Shown here: in pieces, positions 63,529-64,000 of the stretch
How the letters are laid out: the number at the start of each line of letters is the position of its first letter
How positions within the stretch are numbered: the first letter of the stretch is position 1
Assembly: GCA_043228905.1 (NCBI GenBank)
Contig: JBHGNT010000013.1
Location: 17,732,001 to 17,796,000 of the forward strand
DNA: 64,000 nt
DNA from: Azolla caroliniana
Taxonomy: Eukaryota; Plantae; Polypodiophyta
Reading direction: 5' to 3'
Translations under genes and position numbers: made by a program
The notes under the pieces: generated by a model
Database searches by the model: none
What the model was told of the DNA's origin: nothing
The model's input: only the letters and a program-made list of their open reading frames with translations

Positions 63529-64000
63529 GTTTTTTTTTTCCCAAAATGAAGATACTTTCCCGTTAGTTAGGAAGGATTATTACAAAGAGACTGTACATAG
63601 ATCGGGGAATCTCCCTCCGATCAAGTTCAAGAAAATGAGACTAGTTACATCGCCTTTCGGACTGACTACTTAGTGTAAGTACCTATAGCTAAAAACGGTG
63701 CCCTTCAGTGATGGCTAGTACAAGACAACTCCTGGGGTCGACAACGAAGGGAGGATGGTAAGTGAGTCGGAAACAACCAGCGTGGGGGTTGGTAGTTCCA
63801 CCTCGTGCCACTTCATCCTTGCGTCACCATAGGCGTGTTCCACCATTTCTGCCAAAAGCGCAAACGGGCAGTAACCAAATCATTGGAATGGCTGCAAACC
63901 TCGTCCAATTGCCCTCATAGACAGCTAATAAGCGCAAACCATATGTCCATGATCACCTCCTCTAGGGACCGCACCAAATCCTGAAAGACCTTTAGGCAAC
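63529..64000 (-). mobile_element. 3' end of an L1-type LINE (continues beyond the window)
   Basis: Minus-strand CLKVFQD..VIMDIWFALISCL*GQLD..RLRFWQKWWNTP..RWNYQPP aligns with the C-terminus of the 43069-46121 L1; poly-T at 63529-63539. Confidence 0.8.

Overview
AT-rich nuclear DNA of a land plant; the PLS-PPR style and the LINE families suggest a seed-free plant such as a fern, but this is inference. Five host genes can be reconstructed with GT-AG introns and matching phases: an atypical type III polyketide synthase (2 exons, +), an HR-like lesion-inducing membrane protein (5 exons, -), an intronless PLS-class PPR-DYW RNA-editing factor (+), an OXS3-family protein (2 exons, +) and a SYP5-type Qc-SNARE (6 exons, -). 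Intergenic space holds a near full-length RTE-X-like LINE (9085-13796) and a second truncated one, five L1-type LINE remnants, two hAT MITEs with perfect 8-bp TSDs, tRNA-derived heads, decayed gypsy, Harbinger and LTR fragments, microsatellites and local tandem duplications. The most interesting signal is in the large LINE: ORF1 and ORF2 are in the same frame, separated by one UGA-CGG codon followed by a predicted stem-loop, a virus-like stop-codon readthrough signature. The PKS has a repeated Pro-rich N-terminal extension and a mixed CHS/ASCL active site. All family assignments come from motif recognition by eye; no database search was run.
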